Of a stretch of 64,000 nucleotides of DNA, positions 26,558-35,414 are shown piece by piece. This DNA is from Gammaproteobacteria bacterium (GTDB taxonomy: Bacteria > Pseudomonadota > Gammaproteobacteria > Pseudomonadales > Azotimanducaceae): NCBI GenBank assembly GCA_026707945.1, contig JAPOVV010000025.1:50564-114563 (forward strand), given 5' to 3'. Positions within the stretch are counted from its first letter, which is position 1. Every line of letters begins with the position of its first letter. The notes under the pieces were generated by a model. It was not told the origin of the DNA and made no database searches. It was given only the letters and a program-made list of their open reading frames with translations. A program made the translations under genes and the position numbers.

Positions 26558-28534
26558 ATGTTTGATCCAATCCGTACCGTATTAGCAGTCGTCGCACTCA
26601 CTATGGTGTCGACGGTCATGGCGAAAGATCCTCTTCCAGTCGATGCATGGCTTGAGACGGATGTGATCGCCGCAAGCCTCTCTCATGATGGCACATATCT
26701 TGGTGTGCTTCGCGAAGACAAAGAGCGCGAAGGTCACAGAGTGATCTGGGTGTATACGTTTGACGAGGAAGGCAGTTTAGTACTTCATCGCCGTGTCAAC
26801 TCAACTACGATGCGTATCGGCGCATTCAACTGGTTAAGTGACACCCATTTCATTATGGGACTGCGACAGCAAGTCCGTAATCGAATAGACGGTTTTAATC
26901 AAGGGGTATACCGAGGGAAGAGTCAGATCGTTGATCTGGCCAAGGGTGAATTTGTTCCGCTACCGATTCAAAATGCCGGAATTGAGCATCCATTGCCGAA
27001 CAAACCTACCAAACTCATCGTTTCCGAAGATACCAATGGGAGCCGTAGCGGTAGGCGGACGATCGGTGAAGGCTCATTCTGGCACAGCTACTACGAGTTC
27101 GACCTTTCAACCATGCGCAAAAAGCTGTTGCTACGGGCGAAATTCATGCTGCAGAATGTTCGTTTTGATATCGACGGCAATCCCGAACTAGCAGCCGGTT
27201 TCGATTTAGACTCGTTAGAGTCTGTGTACCAATATCGACCAGACCCCAACGATTCGAATTGGGTCGAGTTCGGACGATCACACATCGAAGATTTCGAGAC
27301 CTTCGCTCCTGTCGGGATCGATCACAACAAACCGCACCACGAATATGTGATCGCGCACAACGGGCAGGACAAACAAGCACTTTGGTCCTATGACAAGCGG
27401 AATCGAAAATTCAGCGAACTCGTGTACGGTCGCAAAGATATAGACGTCCTCGGTACGATCAACCATTCGAATCGGCTTGAGCACTACGGTCAAGTCGCAG
27501 GAGTCGTTACTCTCAAAGATCGAGTGGAGTACGAGTTTTTCCCTGAGCATGAAATGGAAGGGGCTATTCACTCTCAGTTTGCGCAATTGATCGAAAACGA
27601 ATTTACACCGAGAGTGGTAAGCGTTAGTCGTGACGGTCAAACGATGGTAGTGAGGAATAGTGGACCCAAATCCGCGCCGAGTTTCTACCTGTTTCGCAAG
27701 GGCAGATTCAGTTATCTCGGTACGGTTCTACCAAAAATCAACAGTGAACACCTATCTGAAACAACCTATGTCGAATATCCCGCACGCGATGGACTGACGA
27801 TTCCTGGTTATGTGACAACCCCTGTACACGGCGAGCCACCGTTTCCTTTGATAGTAATGCCGCACGGCGGACCCTTCGTGACGGAAGGAGTTGGATTTGA
27901 CCCCTGGGCTCAACTGCTCGCGAATAACGGATTCATGGTCCTCCAGCCCCAATATCGTGGATCACACAACTACGGATTGGATTTCTACAAGACGGCATTC
28001 ATCGAAAAGAGCGAAGCCGGTTACGCGATGCAAGACGACAAAGATGATGGAGCCCTGTATCTGATAGAACAAGGCCTCGTCGATCCTAATCGTATGGCCA
28101 TGTTCGGCTGGTCCTACGGTGGTTATGCCGCGCTGACCGCCTCAATGCGGACCCCTCAAATCTATCAGTGTGCAGTCGCGGGTGCAGCTGTCTCTGACCC
28201 AATCATGCAAGTCAACTATTACCGCTATCGAGTAGACGGCGTGCAAAAAATCGAACAGTTGAATGCATGGACTGGAGCTTTTTCACCGTTCCGGGAAGTC
28301 GCAAAAGTGAACATTCCACTGTTCGTCATCCACGGCGACAATGACCAGCGCGTTCCGGTCGACCATAGCCGCAAGCTGATTAAAAAACTTGAGGATCTTG
28401 ATATCGACCACAAATATCTTGAAATCAAAGGTATTGACCACTTCAGCGATACGATGAAAAAGTCGCACCTAAAACTCTTCTATACGGAATTGATCGATTA
28501 CTTGAAAAACGATTGCGGACCTGACGGGCTCTAG
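26558..28534 (+). CDS. S9-family serine peptidase (prolyl oligopeptidase/dipeptidyl-peptidase type), exported
   Basis: Signal peptide. N-terminal beta-propeller-like region. C-terminal alpha/beta-hydrolase domain with nucleophile motif GWSYGGY and a distal D/H region (IHGDNDQRV...GIDH). Confidence 0.9.
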   Translation: MFDPIRTVLAVVALTMVSTVMAKDPLPVDAWLETDVIAASLSHDGTYLGVLREDKEREGHRVIWVYTFDEEGSLVLHRRVNSTTMRIGAFNWLSDTHFIMGLRQQVRNRIDGFNQGVYRGKSQIVDLAKGEFVPLPIQNAGIEHPLPNKPTKLIVSEDTNGSRSGRRTIGEGSFWHSYYEFDLSTMRKKLLLRAKFMLQNVRFDIDGNPELAAGFDLDSLESVYQYRPDPNDSNWVEFGRSHIEDFETFAPVGIDHNKPHHEYVIAHNGQDKQALWSYDKRNRKFSELVYGRKDIDVLGTINHSNRLEHYGQVAGVVTLKDRVEYEFFPEHEMEGAIHSQFAQLIENEFTPRVVSVSRDGQTMVVRNSGPKSAPSFYLFRKGRFSYLGTVLPKINSEHLSETTYVEYPARDGLTIPGYVTTPVHGEPPFPLIVMPHGGPFVTEGVGFDPWAQLLANNGFMVLQPQYRGSHNYGLDFYKTAFIEKSEAGYAMQDDKDDGALYLIEQGLVDPNRMAMFGWSYGGYAALTASMRTPQIYQCAVAGAAVSDPIMQVNYYRYRVDGVQKIEQLNAWTGAFSPFREVAKVNIPLFVIHGDNDQRVPVDHSRKLIKKLEDLDIDHKYLEIKGIDHFSDTMKKSHLKLFYTELIDYLKNDCGPDGL

Positions 28535-28548
28535 GGCAGATTACCGTT

Positions 28549-28590
28549 AGCGGCATTGGTAAAAATACCAATGCCGCTATTCCTTTTTAG
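28549..28590 (+). terminator. Rho-independent terminator after the S9 peptidase gene
   Basis: Perfect 12-bp stem AGCGGCATTGGT (28549-28560) / ACCAATGCCGCT (28567-28578) with loop AAAAAT, followed by ATTCCTTTTT. Confidence 0.7.
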
Positions 28591-28599
28591 TCTGCCAAT

Positions 28600-29910
28600 A
28601 TGCCCGACGACAACCCTTACAACATACCACGTACCGGCTTTGATACATTAGCGCTGCACGCTGGTCAACAACCAGACCCACAGACGGGCGCTCGTGCAAC
28701 TCCAATTTACCAGTCCGCGTCCTTCGTATTTCCCGATACTGACTTCGCAGCTGGACTGTTCAACATCGAGCGTGCAGGACATGTTTATTCCCGTCTTTCT
28801 AATCCGACAAACGCAGTCCTTGAGGAACGAATTGCCGCTCTAGAAGGTGGTGTGGGAGCAATTGCAACTTCGAGCGGTCAAGCAGCGATGCATTTGGCGA
28901 TCACCACCCTCTGCTCCACCGGGGATCATGTCGTTGCCTCGCGTTCACTTTATGGCGGCACGCACAATCTTCTTGATTACACGCTACCAAGATTCGGCAT
29001 CACGACCACATTCGTCGATCCACGCTCGCCTGACGCCTTTAAAAACGCAATCCAATCAAATACGAAATTACTCTTTGGCGAGATTCTTGGAAATCCGGGC
29101 TTGGAGGTGCTTGATATTCCGTCGATCGCTTCGGTAGCACATAACCAGGGTTTACCACTGCTTGTTGATTCAACCTTTGCTACTCCCTATTTATGCAAGC
29201 CATTTGATCACGGTGCAGATTTGATTGTTCACTCGGCGACGAAATTCCTATCAGGTCACGGGGCGATTATTGGCGGCTTGTTAGTTGATGGTGGTACATT
29301 CGATTGGGAATCCTCCGATCGATTTCCAACGCTTACCGAACCGTACGACGGTTTCCATGACCTTGTCTTTGCCGAGGAGTTCGGTCCACTCGCGTTCTTG
29401 ATGCGTGCGCGGAAAGAGGGCATGCGCGACTTTGGCGCTTGCATGGCACCGACAACTGCGTTTTATGCCTTACAAGGTGTAGAGACGCTGCCCTTACGCA
29501 TGGCGCGTCATGTTGAGAATACTCGTGCGATTGCCGATTTTCTAAGTCAGCATCCGGCTGTTGAAGAAGTCATATATCCTGAAGTTTCATCCCATCCCGA
29601 TCACGCTTTAGCAAAAGAACTGCTTCCGAAAGGAGCCGGGGCTGTGCTTGCTGTAATCGTGCTCGGCGGTCGTGCGGCTGGACAGAAATTCATCGAATCA
29701 CTCTCGCTGATCTCACATCTGGCAAATATTGGCGACGCCAAAACCCTGGTCATCCATCCTGCGTCTACGACGCATCACCGCATGACGTCAGAGGATCTAG
29801 CCAAGGCGGGTATAGATGAAGGTCTTGTCCGCCTATCTATCGGCCTTGAAGCGTCGAGTGACTTAATTGCTGACTTAAATGCAGCGCTGCGCCGTTCGCA
29901 GCGGACCTGA
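28600..29910 (+). CDS. metY: O-acetylhomoserine (thiol)-lyase / OAH sulfhydrylase, PLP-dependent
   Basis: GFDTLALHAGQ...PIYQSASFVF...YSRLSNPTN N-terminus. PLP-Lys motif SATKFLSGHG. Colinear with the MetY/Cys-Met-metabolism PLP family. Confidence 0.88.
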   Translation: MPDDNPYNIPRTGFDTLALHAGQQPDPQTGARATPIYQSASFVFPDTDFAAGLFNIERAGHVYSRLSNPTNAVLEERIAALEGGVGAIATSSGQAAMHLAITTLCSTGDHVVASRSLYGGTHNLLDYTLPRFGITTTFVDPRSPDAFKNAIQSNTKLLFGEILGNPGLEVLDIPSIASVAHNQGLPLLVDSTFATPYLCKPFDHGADLIVHSATKFLSGHGAIIGGLLVDGGTFDWESSDRFPTLTEPYDGFHDLVFAEEFGPLAFLMRARKEGMRDFGACMAPTTAFYALQGVETLPLRMARHVENTRAIADFLSQHPAVEEVIYPEVSSHPDHALAKELLPKGAGAVLAVIVLGGRAAGQKFIESLSLISHLANIGDAKTLVIHPASTTHHRMTSEDLAKAGIDEGLVRLSIGLEASSDLIADLNAALRRSQRT

Positions 29911-29912
29911 CG

Positions 29913-30701
29913 ATGTATCGAGACATCGCCGGAAAGAAGGTGTTTTTCGGTACGGGTTCGGCTTCACACGTTAGGAACCAACCTTCTATCGTTTTTATCC
30001 ACGGCGCAGCAATGGATCACACTGTCTGGACATTGCCTGCGCGCTATTTCGCACGCCATGATTACAACGTCGTAGCGGTTGACTTACCTGGGCATGGTCG
30101 GTCAACCGGTCCAGCACTTGAGAGCGTTGAGGCTATCTCAGACTGGTTAAGTGAAATGCTCGCTAGCGTCGGCGAGCAAGAGCACGTCCTTGTTGGACAC
30201 AGCATGGGCTCGCTTATCGCTTGGGATTGGGCAGCGAAGCATTCAAATCAGTGTAAGAAACTCGTACTTCTCGGCACTTCCATGCCCATGCCAGTAACAG
30301 ACCAACTCTTAGACGCGGCGAAACAAAACGAGGTCGCTTCGTTCGAAATGGCAAACACCTGGAGCCATTCCAGCCGCGGAAAATTAGGTTTCAACCCGAA
30401 TCCCGGGGTATGGATGTTTGGACACGGTCAACGCTTGATGCATCGATCAACCGACGACGTCTTCTATGCAGATTTAGCGGCATGTAATGACGCGAACTTG
30501 GATCCTGCTCAGATCCAATGTCCCGCACTACTCATCCTCGGAGAGTCCGATCAGATGACGCCTTATCGTGCAGGCAGAACAGTCGCGGATCAACTTACAA
30601 ACGCTTCGGTAGTCACGCTTCCAGGAAGTGGCCACTCTATGTTGTCTGAATCTCCGAACGAGGTATTGGACGCGTTGATTCGATTCTTGTCCGTCAACTA
30701 A
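29913..30701 (+). CDS. Alpha/beta-fold hydrolase
   Basis: HG oxyanion motif (VFIHGAAMD), nucleophile elbow GHSMGS, and C-terminal GHSM..E histidine region. Starts 2 nt after the metY stop. Confidence 0.8.
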   Translation: MYRDIAGKKVFFGTGSASHVRNQPSIVFIHGAAMDHTVWTLPARYFARHDYNVVAVDLPGHGRSTGPALESVEAISDWLSEMLASVGEQEHVLVGHSMGSLIAWDWAAKHSNQCKKLVLLGTSMPMPVTDQLLDAAKQNEVASFEMANTWSHSSRGKLGFNPNPGVWMFGHGQRLMHRSTDDVFYADLAACNDANLDPAQIQCPALLILGESDQMTPYRAGRTVADQLTNASVVTLPGSGHSMLSESPNEVLDALIRFLSVN

Positions 30702-30730
30702 TCCAAGTTCAGTCTACAGTCATTTAGCTG

Positions 30731-31603
30731 CTAGCTGCTGAATCCTGTACTAATCTCTTCGGCCAAATAATCGTAGCGGGTGCCGCAGAATTCGCAAGTT
30801 ACTTGGATGCCACCATCTTCGTCTGCCAATTCGAGCAGCTCCTCTGACGAAATCGTCTCCAATGCTTTCGAACACCGATCTCGATCGCACGAACACTCAA
30901 AACGTAGTGCCTTAGGATGATCTAGGCGGATTGAGTCGTTTGGGAACAGATCACGAAGCATTCCTTCGGCGCTTTTTGAGCCGAGCTCACCCGGAAGTAT
31001 TGTTCGGAACAGACTAACAAGTCTCATCCATTCCGCTTCATCATGCGCTAACGTCATGTCGGACGCGAGATCTGCGCTTGGTAAGCGTTGTAAAAAACAA
31101 CCAGTCACCGATTCGTCTTCGGTATTCAGAGCAAAGGTGGTATTGAGTTGCTCGCTATTCTCAAAGTAGTGTTCCATGTTCTGTTCGAGCAGCTCATGAT
31201 CAGTGCTGACTAACCCCTGATATGACTCACCGGTCTTAAACTGCATGGTCAGCGCCATTCGGCTCGTACCAAGCAATTCCTTGAAATTCATGTCGTCGTG
31301 GACTGGCTGCGGCTCGTCTTCGTTTAAACGCACAATCCCACGCAAGGCTTCTTGCGCCTGACATTCGGCGAATGCTGTTTTAATCGGTCCATTCCCAACA
31401 GCATGAAGCGTTACCCCGCCATCGTGCTTGATGTTGTTGGCGATTAGCACAATCATCGCCATCATTTCCCCGAGTAAACGCCTGGCAGCGTCAGGGTATG
31501 GTCGGTCATGGATTGCATCCAACCAAACTCGATTCAACCGAACCCACATACCCCGTACAGGGGCTCGTTCGAAGTGAAATCGACGTAATTCGTCGTTGAG
31601 CAA
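30731..31603 (-). CDS. hslO: Redox-regulated chaperone Hsp33
   Basis: N-terminus FERAPVRGMWVRL. C-terminal zinc centre CxC...CxxC (CSCDRDRC...CEFCGTRY). Confidence 0.9.
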   Translation of the reverse strand: MLNDELRRFHFERAPVRGMWVRLNRVWLDAIHDRPYPDAARRLLGEMMAMIVLIANNIKHDGGVTLHAVGNGPIKTAFAECQAQEALRGIVRLNEDEPQPVHDDMNFKELLGTSRMALTMQFKTGESYQGLVSTDHELLEQNMEHYFENSEQLNTTFALNTEDESVTGCFLQRLPSADLASDMTLAHDEAEWMRLVSLFRTILPGELGSKSAEGMLRDLFPNDSIRLDHPKALRFECSCDRDRCSKALETISSEELLELADEDGGIQVTCEFCGTRYDYLAEEISTGFSS

Positions 31604-31712
31604 GAGCTATTGAAAGATCAATCAACAGCCGTTAGTGTAGCGTATCGGTCCTAGTATGGGTAACTTTTTAACCGTTTGAGTCGTTCTAGTAGACCCCGTG
31701 GATACCCGTAAT

Positions 31713-31753
31713 AAAAAACCGATGCGTCGCATTGAATATCTGCGACGCATCGG
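31713..31753 (-). terminator. Rho-independent terminator of the Hsp20 gene
   Basis: Perfect 13-bp stem (31719-31731 / 31741-31753) with a 9-nt loop. On the minus strand it is followed by TTTTTT (31713-31718). Confidence 0.8.
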
Positions 31754-31818
31754 CGATTGAGGTTATTGCTGAGCGCTTGATCTGATCCATATGTTTAAGC
31801 ACTCGTGAGCAACTGACT

Positions 31819-32253
31819 TTAGGCCATGACCTCGATGCGCTTTGGGAGTACCTCTTCCGGCTTAGCGATTGTGATCGTGAGCACACCGTCCTTGACAGCA
31901 GCGCTGACATGATCACTGGTCGAATGGGATGGTAACCGGACAGCGCGCTGAAACGATCCCGAAACGCGCTCAAAACTTCGGTATGAACCATCTTCGTCAT
32001 CCGAGTTCCGTTCCAGGTTCCGAGAACCGGAAATCCTCAGGTAGCCGTCATCGAGAGTTACTTCGATGTCTTCATTCTTTACACCAGGAACATCCATGTG
32101 AATCACATAGCTTTCTGCGTTTTCCTTGATGTCGAGGGCCGGTCGCCAGCGTACGCTATTCTGTTTGCCCCAAAACGAGTCATTCAACCAATTGTTCATC
32201 TGCTCAGGAAGCCCGTCAAGCGGTCTCCAAGCGTTTAGATGTACGATAGACAT
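31819..32253 (-). CDS. Small heat-shock protein (Hsp20/alpha-crystallin family)
   Basis: Alpha-crystallin domain (PALDIKENAESYVIHMDVPGVKNEDIEV...GVLTITIAKP). I prefer ATG 32253 because AAAGGAAAG lies just upstream. The track ORF runs to 32355. Confidence 0.88.
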   Translation of the reverse strand: MSIVHLNAWRPLDGLPEQMNNWLNDSFWGKQNSVRWRPALDIKENAESYVIHMDVPGVKNEDIEVTLDDGYLRISGSRNLERNSDDEDGSYRSFERVSGSFQRAVRLPSHSTSDHVSAAVKDGVLTITIAKPEEVLPKRIEVMA

Positions 32254-32307
32254 GTTTACTTTCCTTTTTGTCGTTGTCTTAGTGGGATTAACCACCTCAT
32301 ACCCTTT

Positions 32308-32335
32308 AGATAGGGTCGTATTTCCAGTTTTCAAG
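32308..32335 (-). promoter_or_regulatory. Sigma-32 (RpoH)-type heat-shock promoter for the Hsp20 gene
   Basis: The minus strand reads CTTGAAA-13 nt-CCCTATCT, against the consensus CTTGAAA-N13-15-CCCCATNT. It lies about 55 nt upstream of ATG 32253. Confidence 0.65.
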
Positions 32336-32361
32336 CTAATGAACAAAAGATTCATTTGACC

Positions 32362-33627
32362 ATGGTCTACACCTTCTACCGAATGATCTCCTCGCTGTTG
32401 CCGTTTATCGCAACCCTGAATCTACTAAGAAGATCTTTGCGTGAACCCGACTACCGATTGCGCATCAAAGAGCGATTTGGATTTGTTCCCTCAACAATTC
32501 AAAAAGGCTCAATCTGGGTACATGCAGTATCTGCGGGTGAAGTAATTGCCGCGGAAATGCTGGTCAATCAGCTACTTGAGAGTTCTAACACGGTTCACAT
32601 CTTGATGACAACGACCACGCCATCCGGTTCTGCTGAAATCTCTAGGCGATTCGGAAATCGAGTCGATCACTGCTACATGCCATATGACGCAAAGCGCTGT
32701 ATCGAGCGATTTCTAAAACACACACATCCGCGAGCGTTGATCCTCATGGAAACAGAACTGTGGCCAAATTTGCTAAGCATCGCACAACGAAATGGCACCA
32801 ACGTGTGTTTAGTTAATGCGCGTTTAAGCGCACGTTCGGCAAAACGCTACGGCCTAGTGCGTTCATTGACCGCTAGCATGCTAGACAGCATCACCATGAT
32901 CGTTTCGCAGTATGAAGACACTGCAGAACGGTTGCGCAATCTAGGCTATCCAAGTGAACGCATACACGTCTCAGGGAACATCAAGTTCGATCTTGTAGTG
33001 TCTGAAGAAACGCTACGCTCTAGCGCGCGATTGCGAGAGAGATGGAGACTTGAACGTCCTTGTTGGCTCGCAGCGAGTACTCATCCTGGAGAGGATGAAA
33101 TCGTGCTCGATGCCCATCTCCGTGCCCGCGCTCGTATCCCCGATCTATTGACCGTCCTAGCACCACGCCACCCTCGCCGAGCCGACGACATCCAAGCAAT
33201 GGCGGACGCAAGGTCCCTAACCTCTGTAAAGCTCTCCGACCCATCTCAATCGGCCGACGTTTTGCTCGTCGATCAGATGGGAGTACTGCTTGAAATGTGC
33301 GGAATGGTGGACGTCGCGTTCATCGGAGGAAGCTTGCAAGGAACGGGCGGCCACAACCCAGTTGAGCCCGCGGTATTCGGTGTCCCAATGCTCATGGGGC
33401 CGGATCGCATGAATTTCGAAGAAGTTTGCAAGCGGTTTACGGATGCTGGATGTTTGACAACGGTCCAGAACTCAGATGAACTCGCTACAGAGTTACTTGC
33501 TTTACTGAACGATCCAGACGAACGTCAACGGCAGGGGGATGCCGCACGCCAAGTCGTTAACGAGAATCGCGGTTCTGCGCAGCAACAATTCAGTTTCGTG
33601 CGCGACTGGTTGAGTGCTACTAGTTAG
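32362..33627 (+). CDS. waaA: 3-deoxy-D-manno-octulosonic acid (Kdo) transferase
   Basis: IWVHAVSAGEV motif and overall colinearity with KdtA/WaaA. ATG 32362 preferred; the TTG at 32356 is also possible. Confidence 0.88.
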   Translation: MVYTFYRMISSLLPFIATLNLLRRSLREPDYRLRIKERFGFVPSTIQKGSIWVHAVSAGEVIAAEMLVNQLLESSNTVHILMTTTTPSGSAEISRRFGNRVDHCYMPYDAKRCIERFLKHTHPRALILMETELWPNLLSIAQRNGTNVCLVNARLSARSAKRYGLVRSLTASMLDSITMIVSQYEDTAERLRNLGYPSERIHVSGNIKFDLVVSEETLRSSARLRERWRLERPCWLAASTHPGEDEIVLDAHLRARARIPDLLTVLAPRHPRRADDIQAMADARSLTSVKLSDPSQSADVLLVDQMGVLLEMCGMVDVAFIGGSLQGTGGHNPVEPAVFGVPMLMGPDRMNFEEVCKRFTDAGCLTTVQNSDELATELLALLNDPDERQRQGDAARQVVNENRGSAQQQFSFVRDWLSATS

Positions 33628-34990
33628 AGGGTTTCCCGCTTGCGCTCGTAATCTTTGTAACCGTGTCGGTCGCGTCGATGTATTGATTGAGCTGTTGAAG
33701 ATCTTCTGCCGATAACGATCCGACGGTTTGCTTCAATCGCAAGCCGTTCAATACGTATGTATAGCGGGAGGTCGCATACGCTAGAACGTTCGAATAGAGA
33801 CGCTGTTGCGCTTGCAGAACTTCTACGATATTACGTGTCCCTACCTCGTACCCAGTTTGGGTCGCTTCCAAAGCTGCTTGGCTCGATTGAATCGATTTGT
33901 AACGAGCGCTCACCCGATCTACGTCTCGTTGCACCAGACGGAATAGATTCCGTGTATCACGTGCAACCGTAAGCTGCGACTGAATGTAGAGTTGCTTCGC
34001 GCGTTCCTGCTGCCAAGCTGACGATCGCGCTTGTGAGAGATTACGACCACCGTTAAACAAAGGCATACTCGCACTTAGACTCACACTCGTAGTCGTCGAC
34101 TGATCTGTGAAGACCGACAAAGGATCCTCACGATAACTCTGTGAGCCCGATATGCGTACCGTTGGTAACAAATAACTCATAGACGCTTGTCTCGACTTCT
34201 TGGCGGCATCCCAGTTCGCTTTTGCAGCTTGGATTTGCGGATTACCCGCCATCGCAGCTCGCACCCACTCCTCTTCATCGATCGGTTGCGGATTCTCGAT
34301 TGGCAGTTCGTCCGTCAACTTACCTAATTCACTGTAATCCACACCTGTGACGGTACGTAATGATTCAAAGAAGATACCATGGTTGCTCCTTGCAGAAAGC
34401 GTCTCAACGACAGCTAAGTCGTAGCTAGCAGTCGCATCGAGCACGTCGGTTATCGCTACCAAACCGACATCGAAACGTTGCTGTACCTGCTCAAGCTGGC
34501 GTTGCACAGCTTCTTCGGCTGCTACGCTTGACTCTAAACTATCTTGAGCTTGCAGAACATCGAGGTAAGCCTGCGCGACGCGAAGCACCAATGTTTGTTC
34601 TGTTGCTATAAGCTCCCAATCGGCAGCTTTGATCTGATCACGAACCGCAAAGAACTGGAATATTGCCTGCGCATTAAAAAGTGCTTGGTTGATGCTGACA
34701 CTCCAACCAGCGTTCTGAGATTTACCTTCCTGAATGAAGATTGGTACTTCTTCATCTTCTGATCCGCGCTTTCTTTCGAAATCGCTTTCACCCCGATTCA
34801 TACTCGCACTTACCGAAGGCAGTAGAAGACTTATGCCCGACCAGAGATTCTCCCCGGAGACTTTGTTCGCAGCGATCGCACCTGCAAGAACTGGATCGTT
34901 CTCTAATGCGTCTCTATACGCTTGTTCCAAGTCGACGGCAAACGCACTACACCCTAAGATCGTTAAGAGACAAGCTAATGACCTTTTCAT
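33620..34990 (-). CDS. tolC: TolC-family outer-membrane efflux/type I secretion duct
   Basis: Signal peptide from ATG 34990 (MKRSLACLLTILGCSAFA). Mature N-terminus VDLEQAYRDAL. Two tandem OEP repeats. Converges on waaA with an 8-nt overlap. Confidence 0.85.
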   Translation of the reverse strand: MKRSLACLLTILGCSAFAVDLEQAYRDALENDPVLAGAIAANKVSGENLWSGISLLLPSVSASMNRGESDFERKRGSEDEEVPIFIQEGKSQNAGWSVSINQALFNAQAIFQFFAVRDQIKAADWELIATEQTLVLRVAQAYLDVLQAQDSLESSVAAEEAVQRQLEQVQQRFDVGLVAITDVLDATASYDLAVVETLSARSNHGIFFESLRTVTGVDYSELGKLTDELPIENPQPIDEEEWVRAAMAGNPQIQAAKANWDAAKKSRQASMSYLLPTVRISGSQSYREDPLSVFTDQSTTTSVSLSASMPLFNGGRNLSQARSSAWQQERAKQLYIQSQLTVARDTRNLFRLVQRDVDRVSARYKSIQSSQAALEATQTGYEVGTRNIVEVLQAQQRLYSNVLAYATSRYTYVLNGLRLKQTVGSLSAEDLQQLNQYIDATDTVTKITSASGKPSN

Positions 34991-35144
34991 GAAAAGAGCG
35001 ACTCCAAATTCGTTGCGGATTGAGTCCAAGACCATCGTGGGTGGATCTAAAAAGACGTAACTATCCCTAGTTACACGAAAATCGACGTCTCAACAGTCGC
35101 AGGAAATCGTTAAAATTCCGAGCCCTTTTCGCGCCCACACCAAC

Positions 35145-35414
35145 ATGGCACGGATTACTGTCGAAGACTGCCTTGAACACGTTGAAAACCGGTTTCAGCT
35201 GGTTACACTGGCAGCCGAGCGCGCCCATCAATTCTATCTTTATAACGCTAGGCCACAAGTAGATCCCGAGAATGACAAGCCGACGGTGATCGCACTGCGC
35301 GAAATAGCCTCAGGGATGACCGTAGGCGGCATTTTGGATGATCTCGCCGAGACGGATACCGAGAGCGAGGCTGATATAGATTCTCCGGATGGCAACGAAT
35401 CGACCGACGAGTAG
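35145..35414 (+). CDS. rpoZ: DNA-directed RNA polymerase subunit omega
   Basis: [29 protein letters not shown] matches the canonical RpoZ N-terminus. Confidence 0.95.
   Translation: MARITVEDCLEHVENRFQLVTLAAERAHQFYLYNARPQVDPENDKPTVIALREIASGMTVGGILDDLAETDTESEADIDSPDGNESTDE

Noticed and set aside
28535-28599. Riboswitch (SAM-type) upstream of metY
   Set aside because: The 65-nt spacer is essentially filled by a simple 12-bp hairpin plus T-run, which behaves as the terminator of the upstream peptidase gene. I could not see any pseudoknot or conserved SAM-II/SAM-V-like core.
31686-32000. 104-aa minus-strand ORF
   Set aside because: It overlaps the Hsp20 coding sequence out of frame and runs through its terminator hairpin.
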